Shown here: positions 31,257 through 40,540 of the stretch, piece after piece
Layout of the letters: each line of letters starts with the position of its first letter
Position numbering within the stretch: position 1 is the first letter of the stretch
NCBI GenBank assembly: GCA_963816145.1
Contig: CAWFJP010000030.1
Coordinates: 288,001-352,000 of the forward strand
Direction: 5' to 3'
From: an uncultured delta proteobacterium
GTDB lineage: Bacteria; Desulfobacterota; Binatia; UBA9968
DNA length: 64,000 nucleotides
The notes under the pieces: generated by a model
Database searches by the model: none
Seen by the model: the letters and a program-made list of their open reading frames with translations, nothing else
What the model was told of the DNA's origin: nothing
Position numbers and translations under genes: made by a program

Positions 31257-32219
31257 TCAGCGCCGCGCCACCGCTTTGGCTTGAGGGTCCGGCGCGAAGA
31301 ATTTCTCGGCACCGCCGAGTTTGCGCGCTTCGGCTTCGATACCGGCGGCGTAGATCAAGGCTTGGATATTTTCTTTGCTGATGACGATGGAATAATCGTT
31401 GGCCAGATAGTCCAGCGCTTTGCGCTCCCTGGCGAGATCGCCGCGGGCGGTTTTTTTGAATGCCGCCGCGGCGGCACGCTCCTTGTCGGTGCGGATCACT
31501 TCCATGGCGCGATGCAACGCCCGTAGGAACGCTTCCACTTCCACCGGGCTAGTTTCCAGCTTGCGCCGGCTGCTGGCGAGAATACTCAACGGGAATTCCG
31601 GTATGACCTGAACCATGTCCATGAGCAATGAGTAACCCTTCGGTTCAAGCGCCACCCGCTCTCCCGGCGAAAACGCCGCGGCTTGGATAATCTTCGTCTC
31701 CAACGCCAACACCCGCGCCGGGCTGTTGCCCGCATAGTGAATCCGATAGTCGCGATCGCGTTTGAGACCACGGCGCGCCAGAGCTTCCACCGTTAAAAAC
31801 TCTGTCATGCCGCCCGCCGAAGTCACGCCGACGACCTGTCCCTTGATCGCGTTGAGGGTGGTCACGCCGGGGCCGCCCATCAGCATCCAATTGACGTGGC
31901 GAACATAATTGCCAATCACCACGGCCGGGACGCCCTTGGCAATCGCTTGCACCACGGTCGTCGAACCGACGATCGAATAGTCCGACGCTCCGCTGACCAT
32001 CGCCGCCATCACCGTTGGTCCGCTGCGCACGTAGACCGGGGTGACTTCGAAACCTTCCGCGGTGAAAAATCCCAACTCCTGGGCGACCAGGATCGGCAGC
32101 ATGACGTTGAGAGAGTTGGTATTGTACGCGAGCGTGATCGGCTTAGCCTGAGCGTGATCGCCGGCACAGAGCCAAAGCGCCAACGCGGCGGCGAAAATTC
32201 TAAGCGAGCCGTTGAACAT
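31257..32219 (-). CDS. NMT1/SsuA-type ABC substrate-binding protein
   Basis: Signal peptide; GFFTAEGFE, AMVSGASDY, IKGQVVGVTSAGG. Confidence 0.85.
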   Translation of the reverse strand: MFNGSLRIFAAALALWLCAGDHAQAKPITLAYNTNSLNVMLPILVAQELGFFTAEGFEVTPVYVRSGPTVMAAMVSGASDYSIVGSTTVVQAIAKGVPAVVIGNYVRHVNWMLMGGPGVTTLNAIKGQVVGVTSAGGMTEFLTVEALARRGLKRDRDYRIHYAGNSPARVLALETKIIQAAAFSPGERVALEPKGYSLLMDMVQVIPEFPLSILASSRRKLETSPVEVEAFLRALHRAMEVIRTDKERAAAAAFKKTARGDLARERKALDYLANDYSIVISKENIQALIYAAGIEAEARKLGGAEKFFAPDPQAKAVARR

Positions 32220-32252
32220 GTCTGGGTTTCCCCTGAATGAACCGGGGAGACA

Positions 32253-33209
32253 CTATTTTTTTCCGAACAAATTGATGAAGCTGCCGTCGATCATCTCGCT
32301 CGCTGAAATTTTCCTCTTTAGCCGGCCGGTCTCGATCTCCTGCTCGACCGTGGCGGTAATGCCGGCGTCGAGGATGCGCCCGTCCATGGGAAAGGAATCG
32401 CGGTACTCGTCGTACCCGGCGGCGGCTTCGCCGGCGTTTAGGCCGACATATTTTCTCAAGGCGCGAATGCCATCGTCGCGATTCTCGCGGGTGTGCTTCA
32501 CGCCGCGCTGGTAAGCGCGCAAGAATTTCGTCGCTTGCTCTTTTTCTTTGGCGAGCCAGCTTTCCCGGGCGATAAAGCCGACGTTAGTCCAGTTGGGATA
32601 GAGCTCTTTCAGATCGAAGAGCTTATTCAAGCCGGCCGCTTTGGCGCGCTCGGTGACGGGAAACCATAGAATGGTCGCATCGACGATGCCGCCGGCGAGC
32701 GTGGTAAAGCGCGCCGGCGTGCCGCCGATCTGCACCATGGTAACATCTTTCGGATCGACTCCGACATGGCGCAGCGCCGAGCGGGTGAGAAATTCCGACA
32801 ACGAGCCGAAGCGGCTGATGGCAAATTTTTTGCCCTTACCGTCCTTCAACGATTTCACGCTCGGGCTGCCGTAGATCTGAAACGGCATAACATTGGAAAT
32901 CGCCCAAAAGTTTTTGATATCCACGCCGCCCGCCCGGGCAAGCACCGTCTCCGGCACGCCGCCGGCCATGACCTGCACGTCGCCGCCGATCATCGCCTGA
33001 AGATTGGTCGCTCCGGCGTTGAACATGACGACGAGAACGTCCAAGCCCTCGTCTTTGAAGAAGCCTTTGTCCTGGGTCACATAGATGGGCAAGAAGGCGA
33101 CGTTCACCGTCGACACGCCGACGACCATCCGGGCATCGATGGCAGCAGGCTGGACGCTGCCAACGAGCAATAACAGGGTTAGGCAAAGCCAGGATCGGCG
33201 CTCAAGCAT
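32253..33209 (-). CDS. NMT1/SsuA-type ABC substrate-binding protein
   Basis: Signal peptide; GFFKDEGLDV, KGKKFAISRFGS. Confidence 0.85.
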   Translation of the reverse strand: MLERRSWLCLTLLLLVGSVQPAAIDARMVVGVSTVNVAFLPIYVTQDKGFFKDEGLDVLVVMFNAGATNLQAMIGGDVQVMAGGVPETVLARAGGVDIKNFWAISNVMPFQIYGSPSVKSLKDGKGKKFAISRFGSLSEFLTRSALRHVGVDPKDVTMVQIGGTPARFTTLAGGIVDATILWFPVTERAKAAGLNKLFDLKELYPNWTNVGFIARESWLAKEKEQATKFLRAYQRGVKHTRENRDDGIRALRKYVGLNAGEAAAGYDEYRDSFPMDGRILDAGITATVEQEIETGRLKRKISASEMIDGSFINLFGKK

Positions 33210-33298
33210 TTATTTGTCCTCCGCCGCGGAGATTAGAGAGATCGACCCTTTCAGTCAAGCACATTTCGCTTCACGCCTTCGTGACATTCTGAGTTCTC

Positions 33299-34306
33299 TC
33301 AACGCGGCTTAGTCTTATACAGACCGTCGATGTAGCCACTGTCGTCGAGCTCTTTGATAAAACGGTTGTCGACGAAGTCTTCCGGTTTAGCGACCTTCGC
33401 TTTGGGGTTTTCGTCGGCCAACAAATCGAGCGCCATCTGCAAACCGGCGAGAGACGGATATTGTTTGCGCGAGATCCGGTTGTCCGGCGCAGCGGATTCA
33501 TAGGATTTCGCCAGCACGTCCCGCTCTTTGATCTGCCCAAGATATTTGCCCAGCACTTTGAGCGCTAATTCCCGATCGGTTTTCATCAGCGCGACCGCCT
33601 CGACATGGGACTTGACGTAGCGGCGCACGATCTCGGGTTTGTCTCGGATCATCGCGCGGGTGGTCACTACGCCGATATGCACGAACGGCAAGCCGAGCTC
33701 GGCGACATCCGCCAGCGCGTTGAAGCCTTCCCGCTGCGCCGTGATATTTTGCGGCGGGCTGAACAGCGTCCCGTGAATTTTTCCCAGCCGCAGGCTGGCG
33801 ATGCGCTCGCTGGTGCCGCCGACCACGATAAGCGATACGTCCTTCGGTGCCAGGCCCAGCTTTTGTAAAGCGAAACGAGTGGCGGTTGGATTGGCGCCGC
33901 GGATCGCCGACAAGCCCACCGTACCGCCTTTGAGTTGCTCCGCGGTTTTTATTTCCGGCCGGGTGACGAGGACGAAGTCGAGGGTCGACATGCCGCCGGC
34001 AACGTAGACGGTATTGGAGCCACGGAGCGCGCTTTCGACCACCACCGGTCCCGAAGCGAGGACGAATTGCAATTCGCCGGACATCAACGCCATGACCCCC
34101 ACCGAGGCATGGACCCGCACGGCCTGCACGTCCAAGCCGTTACGCGCGAAAATACCGGCCTCCTTGGCGATCCAGAGCGGCAGGACACCGGCCGAATCGG
34201 AAACGTAGGCGGTCGTGGTTTTGCTGACCTGTGCCTGGGTCTCCAGCGCAAACAGGCTCAGCCAAACGAACGCCAGTAGGAGAAAAAACAGTTTAGCGAT
34301 TTTCAT
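33299..34306 (-). CDS. NMT1/SsuA-type ABC substrate-binding protein
   Basis: Signal peptide; GIFARNGLDV, ALMSGEL, ELDDSGYIDGLY. Confidence 0.85.
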   Translation of the reverse strand: MKIAKLFFLLLAFVWLSLFALETQAQVSKTTTAYVSDSAGVLPLWIAKEAGIFARNGLDVQAVRVHASVGVMALMSGELQFVLASGPVVVESALRGSNTVYVAGGMSTLDFVLVTRPEIKTAEQLKGGTVGLSAIRGANPTATRFALQKLGLAPKDVSLIVVGGTSERIASLRLGKIHGTLFSPPQNITAQREGFNALADVAELGLPFVHIGVVTTRAMIRDKPEIVRRYVKSHVEAVALMKTDRELALKVLGKYLGQIKERDVLAKSYESAAPDNRISRKQYPSLAGLQMALDLLADENPKAKVAKPEDFVDNRFIKELDDSGYIDGLYKTKPR

Positions 34307-34393
34307 CGGCAGCCCTCAAAGCCCATGGCCGGGAAACTAACCGAAGCGGCGCCGCGCCGTCAATGGCGCCTAATTTAATCTCGCGGCGAACCA

Positions 34394-34423
34394 TTGACGG
34401 CGAAGAACATCGGTTGCTAAAGT
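34394..34423 (+). promoter_or_regulatory. putative sigma70 promoter
   Basis: TTGACG-18 bp-TAAAGT with extended TG, in the divergent intergenic region. Confidence 0.45.
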
Positions 34424-34473
34424 GCGGCTATCGTAGGGTTCGCGAGTTCAAGTCAGCTTAGCGGAGGTGACCT

Positions 34474-35592
34474 ATGGCGATCGGACTTTCACATGGCGGG
34501 ACCAACGTTTATTCGGCGGGCGAGCGCTCCAATCAACTTTGGGTGGCCACCCAAGATGGACTCGTTCTGTTCGAGCGCGCCGGAATTGGCCAATGGCGCG
34601 AAGCCCAGCGCGCTCTGCGCGGCCAACATATCAGCGCGATCATCTTTGAAAAAACCACCGGCACCATGTTAGCCGGCACCTTCTTCGGCTCGATCCACGC
34701 CAGCACCGACGGCGGCAAGACTTGGGAACGGCGCGATAATGGAATGCCGATCCACGATGTCTACAGCTTGGCGTCCCATGTCATCGACGGCAAAGTCCGC
34801 GTCTACGCCGGCACCCAACCGGCGCATCTGTTCGTCAGCGAAGACTTGGGAATGCATTGGCGCGAGCTGCCGTCGATGCGCGAAGTGCCGAGCGCGACCC
34901 AATGGTCCTTCCCCGCTCCGCCGCATATCGCGCATACCAAATTCATCACTTTCGATCCGTTCGATCAGAACGCGCTCTACGCCTGCGTCGAGCAGGGCGC
35001 ATTTTTGAAGAGCAGCGATTTAGGCAAGAGCTGGAAACAGCTGAACACCGTCGGCCTGTACAAAGACGAAAACCGCCCGGTGGAACATTTCTACGATGTT
35101 CACCGCTGCCTCATCGACCCGCGCAAACCCGATAACATTTACGTCACCGGCGGCGCCGGTTTGTACGTCACCCACAACGGCGGCGGCAGTTGGGAGCGTT
35201 GGACGGCGCCGGATTGGGCGCCCGACGTCTATCCTGACGGTTTTACTTGGAATCCGAAAAATCCCAACATGATGTTCGTCGCCGCCGCCGAGCATAACCC
35301 GGTAACTTGGCGCAAAGCCGGACCGGCGGCCCGCGCCGAGGGCAAAATTTATCGCAGCAAAGACTGCGGCAAGAACTGGGAGCGCTTAAGTGGCGGCCTG
35401 CCCGCCAGCTTGAAGCATGAGTTCGGTGCACTATGCCTCGAGGAGGTCAATGGAACCTGTTCGATCTTCGGCGGCACCACCGGCGGCGAGGTGTTTTGCA
35501 GCGAAGACAACGGCGAGACCTGGACAATGATTACCGACAAATTGGCACCAATCTCAAAGAAGGGACATGAGCGGCTGCTGGCGGCAAGCTAA
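34474..35592 (+). CDS. BNR/Asp-box beta-propeller protein, no signal peptide
   Basis: Asp-boxes STDGGKTW, SEDLGMHW, SSDLGKSW, THNGGGSW, SKDCGKNW, SEDNGETW; GGAGG RBS. Confidence 0.88.
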   Translation: MAIGLSHGGTNVYSAGERSNQLWVATQDGLVLFERAGIGQWREAQRALRGQHISAIIFEKTTGTMLAGTFFGSIHASTDGGKTWERRDNGMPIHDVYSLASHVIDGKVRVYAGTQPAHLFVSEDLGMHWRELPSMREVPSATQWSFPAPPHIAHTKFITFDPFDQNALYACVEQGAFLKSSDLGKSWKQLNTVGLYKDENRPVEHFYDVHRCLIDPRKPDNIYVTGGAGLYVTHNGGGSWERWTAPDWAPDVYPDGFTWNPKNPNMMFVAAAEHNPVTWRKAGPAARAEGKIYRSKDCGKNWERLSGGLPASLKHEFGALCLEEVNGTCSIFGGTTGGEVFCSEDNGETWTMITDKLAPISKKGHERLLAAS

Positions 35593-35718
35593 AAAATGCC
35601 GTCTTTTATGCATCCCCCTCTTCTCCGATTCTCTCCCCCGTGACGGGGGAGAGTTAGAGTGGGGGTACTGGTCACATGACGCGGTGTTGAGCACCCCCAT
35701 CTTAATCTTCCCCCGTCG

Positions 35719-35850
35719 AAGGTTGTGTCGTAATGCGTGAATGCCCCACATCTGTCATACCGAGCACAGCGAGGGATCTCGTCTTTTCAGCCACGTACGA
35801 AGAAGAGATTCCTCGGCTTCACCTCGGAATGACAGTTGCGACGCAATCTC
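35719..35850. mobile_element. 132-bp MITE-like element, family A copy 2
   Basis: Same length and colinear with 3752..3883; flanked by TCG on both sides. Confidence 0.75.
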
Positions 35851-35917
35851 TCGAGAGGGAGGATACCGGATCGGCCGGTGAACCCTCTCGGCGGAATTTG
35901 AATTTGTCCTATTCGCG

Positions 35918-36667
35918 GTGACTACCTCAACCGACAGGCCCGGCTCAGCCCTCGCCAAGCAATTGCTTGCGCGCAGCGAACAAGATGCCGCCATCACGCC
36001 AATGGACGCTGTGATCGACGCGGCACGCGCAGGTAAATTCACCAACGATCACTGTTTTCGCCTGCTGGCGCGGCTGTGGACGCTCAAGCGCATGCTTTAC
36101 TATGTTTACGGCGGTTGGGCACAGGGCATAAACCTGAACGACTATCCGCCCGGCGTCGCCTATCTCTTCGGCAGGCAGACCTACGACGAGTCGACCCAGG
36201 AGATGCAGTACTGTGACGAGATTCTACGCCGCCGCTTCGTGCTGACGCAGCGCGAGTTATTCGTGCACCCCTACGGCCAGTTCGACACCGCCACCCGGAC
36301 CGGCGCTTATATATTTTGTCTGCGCGCGCTCGCCAACTATCCGCACAACATCCGCATCGCCGCGCTTAATCTCGGACCGAAGGTCATCGAACTCGCCTGG
36401 ACCGAAAGATTCGCCAAATTATTGCCCGATGAATCCATGCAGGCGGTTTTTCACAGCCAACTCGCGGAAACCCGCAGCCATGTCTTGATGGGCCGTCATC
36501 AAGTCGAACAATATGTACAGAAGGAAGTCGACGCCGAATTAGCCCGGCGCTTATGTGCGGAGACCAAGCGCGACTATTTATTCTTTCTCGAAGAAACCGC
36601 CCGCTTCGTCCTCGACATGGCCGAAGAGAAAGCCGGAGAAGTGACGGTACAGGCGGATGTCGACTAA
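35918..36667 (+). CDS. ferritin-like protein with degenerate metal ligands
   Basis: Helical pattern parallel to 37204..37944: RQTYDESTQ versus RQIWDEVKH, SQLAETRSH versus SQSAEELMH. GTG start. Confidence 0.65.
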   Translation: MTTSTDRPGSALAKQLLARSEQDAAITPMDAVIDAARAGKFTNDHCFRLLARLWTLKRMLYYVYGGWAQGINLNDYPPGVAYLFGRQTYDESTQEMQYCDEILRRRFVLTQRELFVHPYGQFDTATRTGAYIFCLRALANYPHNIRIAALNLGPKVIELAWTERFAKLLPDESMQAVFHSQLAETRSHVLMGRHQVEQYVQKEVDAELARRLCAETKRDYLFFLEETARFVLDMAEEKAGEVTVQADVD

Positions 36668-36679
36668 CGGAAAACAGCC

Positions 36680-36792
36680 GTTCAAGGGTTCAAGGTTCAA
36701 AGGTTCAACGATTTCCGGATTCCGACCTTGAACAAAACGTTTTGAACGGCTTGAACGATTGGAACCTCTGGAACTTTTGGAACAGCTGGAAC
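36680..36792. repeat. GTTCAA/TTGAAC inverted repeat plus 9-bp tandem array T(T/G)GAACNNN
   Basis: GTTCAAGG GTTCAAG GTTCAAAG GTTCAA...TTGAACGGC TTGAACGAT TGGAACCTC TGGAACTTT TGGAACAGC TGGAAC. Confidence 0.85.
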
Positions 36793-36825
36793 TAATATAA
36801 TTCGCCTGAACTACCAGAAGTCAAA

Positions 36826-37104
36826 ATGACACCACCGAGACTCAAAATTGATCATGCTAAGTGTACCGAATGCCGCATGTGCTACGTCGTCTGCCGCGAG
36901 ATCGAAATCAATGCAGTTGTCATCGCGCCGACTTCGCAACATTTTTTGGAGATCGATGAGCGCTGCACCTACCCCGGTTGCACGGTGTGCTTGATGTACT
37001 GCCCTGCGGAAGGCTCCATCGTCGAGGCCGCCACCGGCCGCTCCATGGTGCCGCCGCCGCCGGAAGTCTGGACGGAAAATAAACGCTGGCCGCGCATCCC
37101 TTGA
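36826..37104 (+). CDS. 4Fe-4S dicluster ferredoxin
   Basis: CTECRMCYVVC and CTYPGCTVCLMYCP. Confidence 0.85.
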   Translation: MTPPRLKIDHAKCTECRMCYVVCREIEINAVVIAPTSQHFLEIDERCTYPGCTVCLMYCPAEGSIVEAATGRSMVPPPPEVWTENKRWPRIP

Positions 37105-37115
37105 CCGAGAACGAA

Positions 37116-37175
37116 TTGAACGGCTTGAACGTTTTGAACGATTGAAACCTCTGGAACAACTGGAACCCTTGGAAC
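37116..37175. repeat. 9-bp tandem array T(T/G)GAACNNN (7 units)
   Basis: TTGAACGGC TTGAACGTT TTGAACGAT TGAAACCTC TGGAACAAC TGGAACCCT TGGAAC. Confidence 0.85.
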
Positions 37176-37203
37176 CAAGCCAAACATTAAGACGGATTTC
37201 CCC

Positions 37204-37944
37204 ATGCATACCATTCTAAAAGACTTCCTGGAGAAATGGGTCTATCCGACCGGCTTCACCGGCCCCGGAGTCGACTTTCGCCTGCGCCAGACCGAGCGGT
37301 GCTTGCCGCTCTGGGACAAGCTGGTGCTCCAAGCGATCAAGGCCGCTGAGACCGACTTGAAATCCGGCAGCGACGAGTACAAAGCGGCCCGCGCCCGCGG
37401 CGGTTACGCTGCCGAAGGACCGTTCATGTCGTTGAAACAAATGTCGACCCAGATTCTTTCGGTCAGCACCGACCAGCAGCCAAAGTACATCGACCTGCAG
37501 CGCATGCGCGCTCGGCAGATCTGGGACGAGGTCAAACACGGCCAGCTCCACGCCGATGTCCTACTGCGCGGCGGCTTCATTGAGCGCGAAGAAGAATTGA
37601 TGGACGATGCCCGCGCCAATACTCAACCGAAACTTTCTTACTTCGGCATGACCGCCATGTTCCCGCATATTCATCCGCTCGCCCGCGCCGGACAACATTA
37701 TTACAACGAGTCGATGGCTTGTCTCGGCATCGCCGCGACGCTGAGCGTCATCGACGACGAACTGATCCGTCATCAACTGCATAGCCAATCGGCGGAAGAA
37801 TTGATGCACTTTATGGAAGGCAAATATCAGATCGACGCCTACGCGCTCACACCTGAGGACCAGAAACCCATCGAAGCAGTGTTCGACTTCCTGCTACGCC
37901 CCTGGGCCCCTGAACCCAGCCGCGCTCTGGGCGGCAACGCGTAA
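37204..37944 (+). CDS. ferritin-like diiron protein
   Basis: Candidate ligand set AAE / DEVKH / NE / EELMH, i.e. E, ExxH, E, ExxH. Confidence 0.75.
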   Translation: MHTILKDFLEKWVYPTGFTGPGVDFRLRQTERCLPLWDKLVLQAIKAAETDLKSGSDEYKAARARGGYAAEGPFMSLKQMSTQILSVSTDQQPKYIDLQRMRARQIWDEVKHGQLHADVLLRGGFIEREEELMDDARANTQPKLSYFGMTAMFPHIHPLARAGQHYYNESMACLGIAATLSVIDDELIRHQLHSQSAEELMHFMEGKYQIDAYALTPEDQKPIEAVFDFLLRPWAPEPSRALGGNA

Positions 37945-37957
37945 ATTGAGCACAAAC

Positions 37958-38146
37958 ATGAAAGTGAAAATCGTCGAATCTCTCTGCATCGCCTGCGGCC
38001 TGTGCCGCGAAGTCTGCCCCGAAGGCGCTGTCCATCCCAAGATGCAGGACATCCATCACATGTACGAAGTGATCGAGTACGAATGCACCGGCTGCGCCGA
38101 ATGCCTGCCCTACTGCCCGGAGCCGGGAGCTTTGCTGCAATACTAG
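37958..38146 (+). CDS. 2x[4Fe-4S] ferredoxin
   Basis: CIACGLCREVCP and CTGCAECLPYCP. Confidence 0.9.
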   Translation: MKVKIVESLCIACGLCREVCPEGAVHPKMQDIHHMYEVIEYECTGCAECLPYCPEPGALLQY

Positions 38147-38243
38147 AGGCTCCCTGGCTTTTTCTTTTCCTCATCGCTTGCCAATCTTACCTTGACATCT
38201 AATTCGAGTCCGCACTAAAACGGACGGATTCGGAGGGAAGTGT

Positions 38244-39426
38244 ATGGCGAGCGATCCACGCACCCATGGTTTGCATGAGACCTGCAATCAACGCGGCCCC
38301 AACCGGCCGTTATTCACTAAAGGGGGGCCACCCAATTACGTGGAGAAATCGCTGGCCGCCGCCGCCGAGCCGTTCAAAGGCATAACAAGCGACGGCGTCG
38401 TCATTCCCAATCTCTACGGTTTGCACAAGACCGGGATATCGACTCAGGCAATCCGTAAAGCTGCCGAAGCTTTTCTCGCATCGCTGACCGCCGAGCAACG
38501 CGCCAAGACGCTCTTTCCCGTCGACACCGACCAATGGCGCAAGTGGAGCAACATTCATCCGACTTTGTTGCGCCATGGCATGGCGCTCTTCGAGATGAGC
38601 GACGGCCAGCGCGATTGCGCCTTTGCGCTCCTGCGCGAGAGTTTGAGCCAACGGGGTTTCGAAGAAACCCTCGACATCATGCATTTGAATGAAACGGTCC
38701 GAGAAATGACCGGCCGGCTCGATGAGTATGGCGAAGATCTTTATTGGCTGAGCATTATGGGCGCGCCGTCGGCCAGCGAACCCTGGGGCTGGCAGTGGGA
38801 TGGCCATCATTTGATCATCAATTATTTCATCCTCGGCAATCAGATTGTCGTGACACCGACGTTCTTGGGTGCCGAACCGGTGCACGCGGTCAGCGGCAAA
38901 TACGTCGGTGTCCGCGCATTCAAGGGCGACGAAGACCGCGGCCTGGCCTTGTTCCGCGCGCTTTCGGAATCGCAACGGGTCAAAGCGGTGATCGCGCCCG
39001 AGACAACCGGCGAGGACTTTACCACCGCGTTTCGCGACAACCTCGTGCTCGATTACAAAGGCATCCGCTCCGGCGAGTTGTCGAGCGCACAACAGGAACT
39101 GCTGCTCGGCCTGGTGGACTATCATGTCGGCCGCATGCGCGACGGCCATGCGCAGGTCAAGATGGATGAAGTGAAGCGCCATTTGAACGACACGTATTTT
39201 TGCTGGATGGGCGGCGACGCGGCTGGACGGTGTCTTTTACTATCGCGTCCAGAGTCCGGTAATCATCGTCGAGTTCGACCACCAACGCGGCATCGCCTTC
39301 CGCGAGCGCACCAAGCCGTACAAGGACCATATTCACGTCATCCTGCGCACGCCCAACGGCAACGACTACGGCAAAGACTTGCTGCGTCTACATTATCAGC
39401 AAGGCCATCATGCGACCGGGCGGTGA
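38244..39426 (+). CDS. DUF3500 family protein (+1 frameshift near 39223)
   Basis: [30 protein letters not shown]. After GACGCG-G-CTGGAC it continues [16 protein letters not shown]...[15 protein letters not shown] to TGA at 39426. Confidence 0.88.
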
Positions 39427-39519
39427 GCATTTGGCATTGAGTCAGCGACGCCGGAGTGAAATTACCATCGCGCCCTGTGCGTGCTTGGCGCGAGCCATTC
39501 CGAGACTGAGGGAGGCATC

Positions 39520-40509
39520 ATGACCGGCAAACCTCGCCATCGACTGATAATTCTCCTTTTGATCGCGTCGGTCGCCGCCAGCGCCCGCGCTGAAAAGATC
39601 CGCACCAGCATTCCCGGCGCCAATCTCAATTATCTCTCGGTTTACAGCGCTGACGAACGCCATTTCTTCCGCGATGAAGGCTTGGAAAATGAAACCATCG
39701 CCATCGGTGGCCCCGCCGGTATCGCCGCTTTGGTGAGCGGCGACGTCGATTTCAGCGGCGCCGGCGGCAGCGGTCTGCGTGGAGCGGTGCGCGGCGCCCC
39801 GCTCAAAGCGATTTTCTATCAGACCGAAAAACCGACCTGGTATTTGGTCGTTCATCCGAGCATCACTCAGGGCGCCGACTTAAAAGGCAAAAAAATTGGC
39901 GTCGCGCTGATCGGCGACAGCGAAGATCGCTTTATCACTTTGTACGCCGAACGGGCGGGCGTGTCGGCGAAGGATATCACCCGGCTATCTCTGGGCACGA
40001 GCATCGGCGACAAAATCCTCGGCGTCAAGACTGGCGCGGTGTCGGCCGTGGTTCTCGATCCCGCCGGCACCGTGGCGGCGGAACGCGAGGGGTTGCGCAA
40101 GCTTGTCTTCATGGGAGATATTTTCACGCTGCCCTTTCAAGGCTATGTCGCCACCCATCAAAAACTCGCCGAGAATCCAGCGCAAGTCAAAAGATGGATT
40201 CGCGCCATGACCCGCTCGCTGCTCTTCGTGCGCGACCGGCCCGAAGACGCCGCCGACATCGCGCTGCGCCGCCTGCGCTTGAGAAATATCACCAAGCCCA
40301 TGCTGGTCGAAGCGATCCGCAGTTACACCCGCGCGTTTCCGCCCGGCGTGCCCGGCGTGCCGTCGGCGGAAGGGGTGAAGAGCATTCTCGAAAACGAACT
40401 GAGAATTCCCTTGAAACTCGATAAGCCGCTGGCGGCGGAGAACTTTTTCGACCTGCGCTGGGCCGAAGAAGTGCGCAAGGAATTTACCGTCAAAGGGACA
40501 AACCAGTAA
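39520..40509 (+). CDS. NMT1/SsuA-type ABC substrate-binding protein
   Basis: GGAGG RBS, signal peptide; FFRDEGLE, AALVSGDVDF, DLKGKKIGV. Confidence 0.85.
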   Translation: MTGKPRHRLIILLLIASVAASARAEKIRTSIPGANLNYLSVYSADERHFFRDEGLENETIAIGGPAGIAALVSGDVDFSGAGGSGLRGAVRGAPLKAIFYQTEKPTWYLVVHPSITQGADLKGKKIGVALIGDSEDRFITLYAERAGVSAKDITRLSLGTSIGDKILGVKTGAVSAVVLDPAGTVAAEREGLRKLVFMGDIFTLPFQGYVATHQKLAENPAQVKRWIRAMTRSLLFVRDRPEDAADIALRRLRLRNITKPMLVEAIRSYTRAFPPGVPGVPSAEGVKSILENELRIPLKLDKPLAAENFFDLRWAEEVRKEFTVKGTNQ

Positions 40510-40540
40510 AACAGTCGCGTTGACCTAGGGAGACATCTCC

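Noticed and set aside
36680-36792. GTTC/GAAC repeats as LexA boxes
   Set aside because: The dominant GAAC-N5-GAAC spacing fits neither GAAC-N4-GTTC nor GTTC-N7-GTTC, and the flanking genes are not SOS genes.
36553-36795. ORF ending NVLNGLNDWNLWNFWNSWN as a RiPP precursor for the diiron enzymes
   Set aside because: It overlaps the upstream gene, has no RBS, and the Trp/Asn periodicity follows directly from the 9-bp DNA repeat, whose relatives occur at unrelated loci.
36728-37175. Repeat arrays as a CRISPR array
   Set aside because: Units are 9 bp with 3-bp variable parts; there are no 25-45 bp repeat/spacer units and no cas genes.
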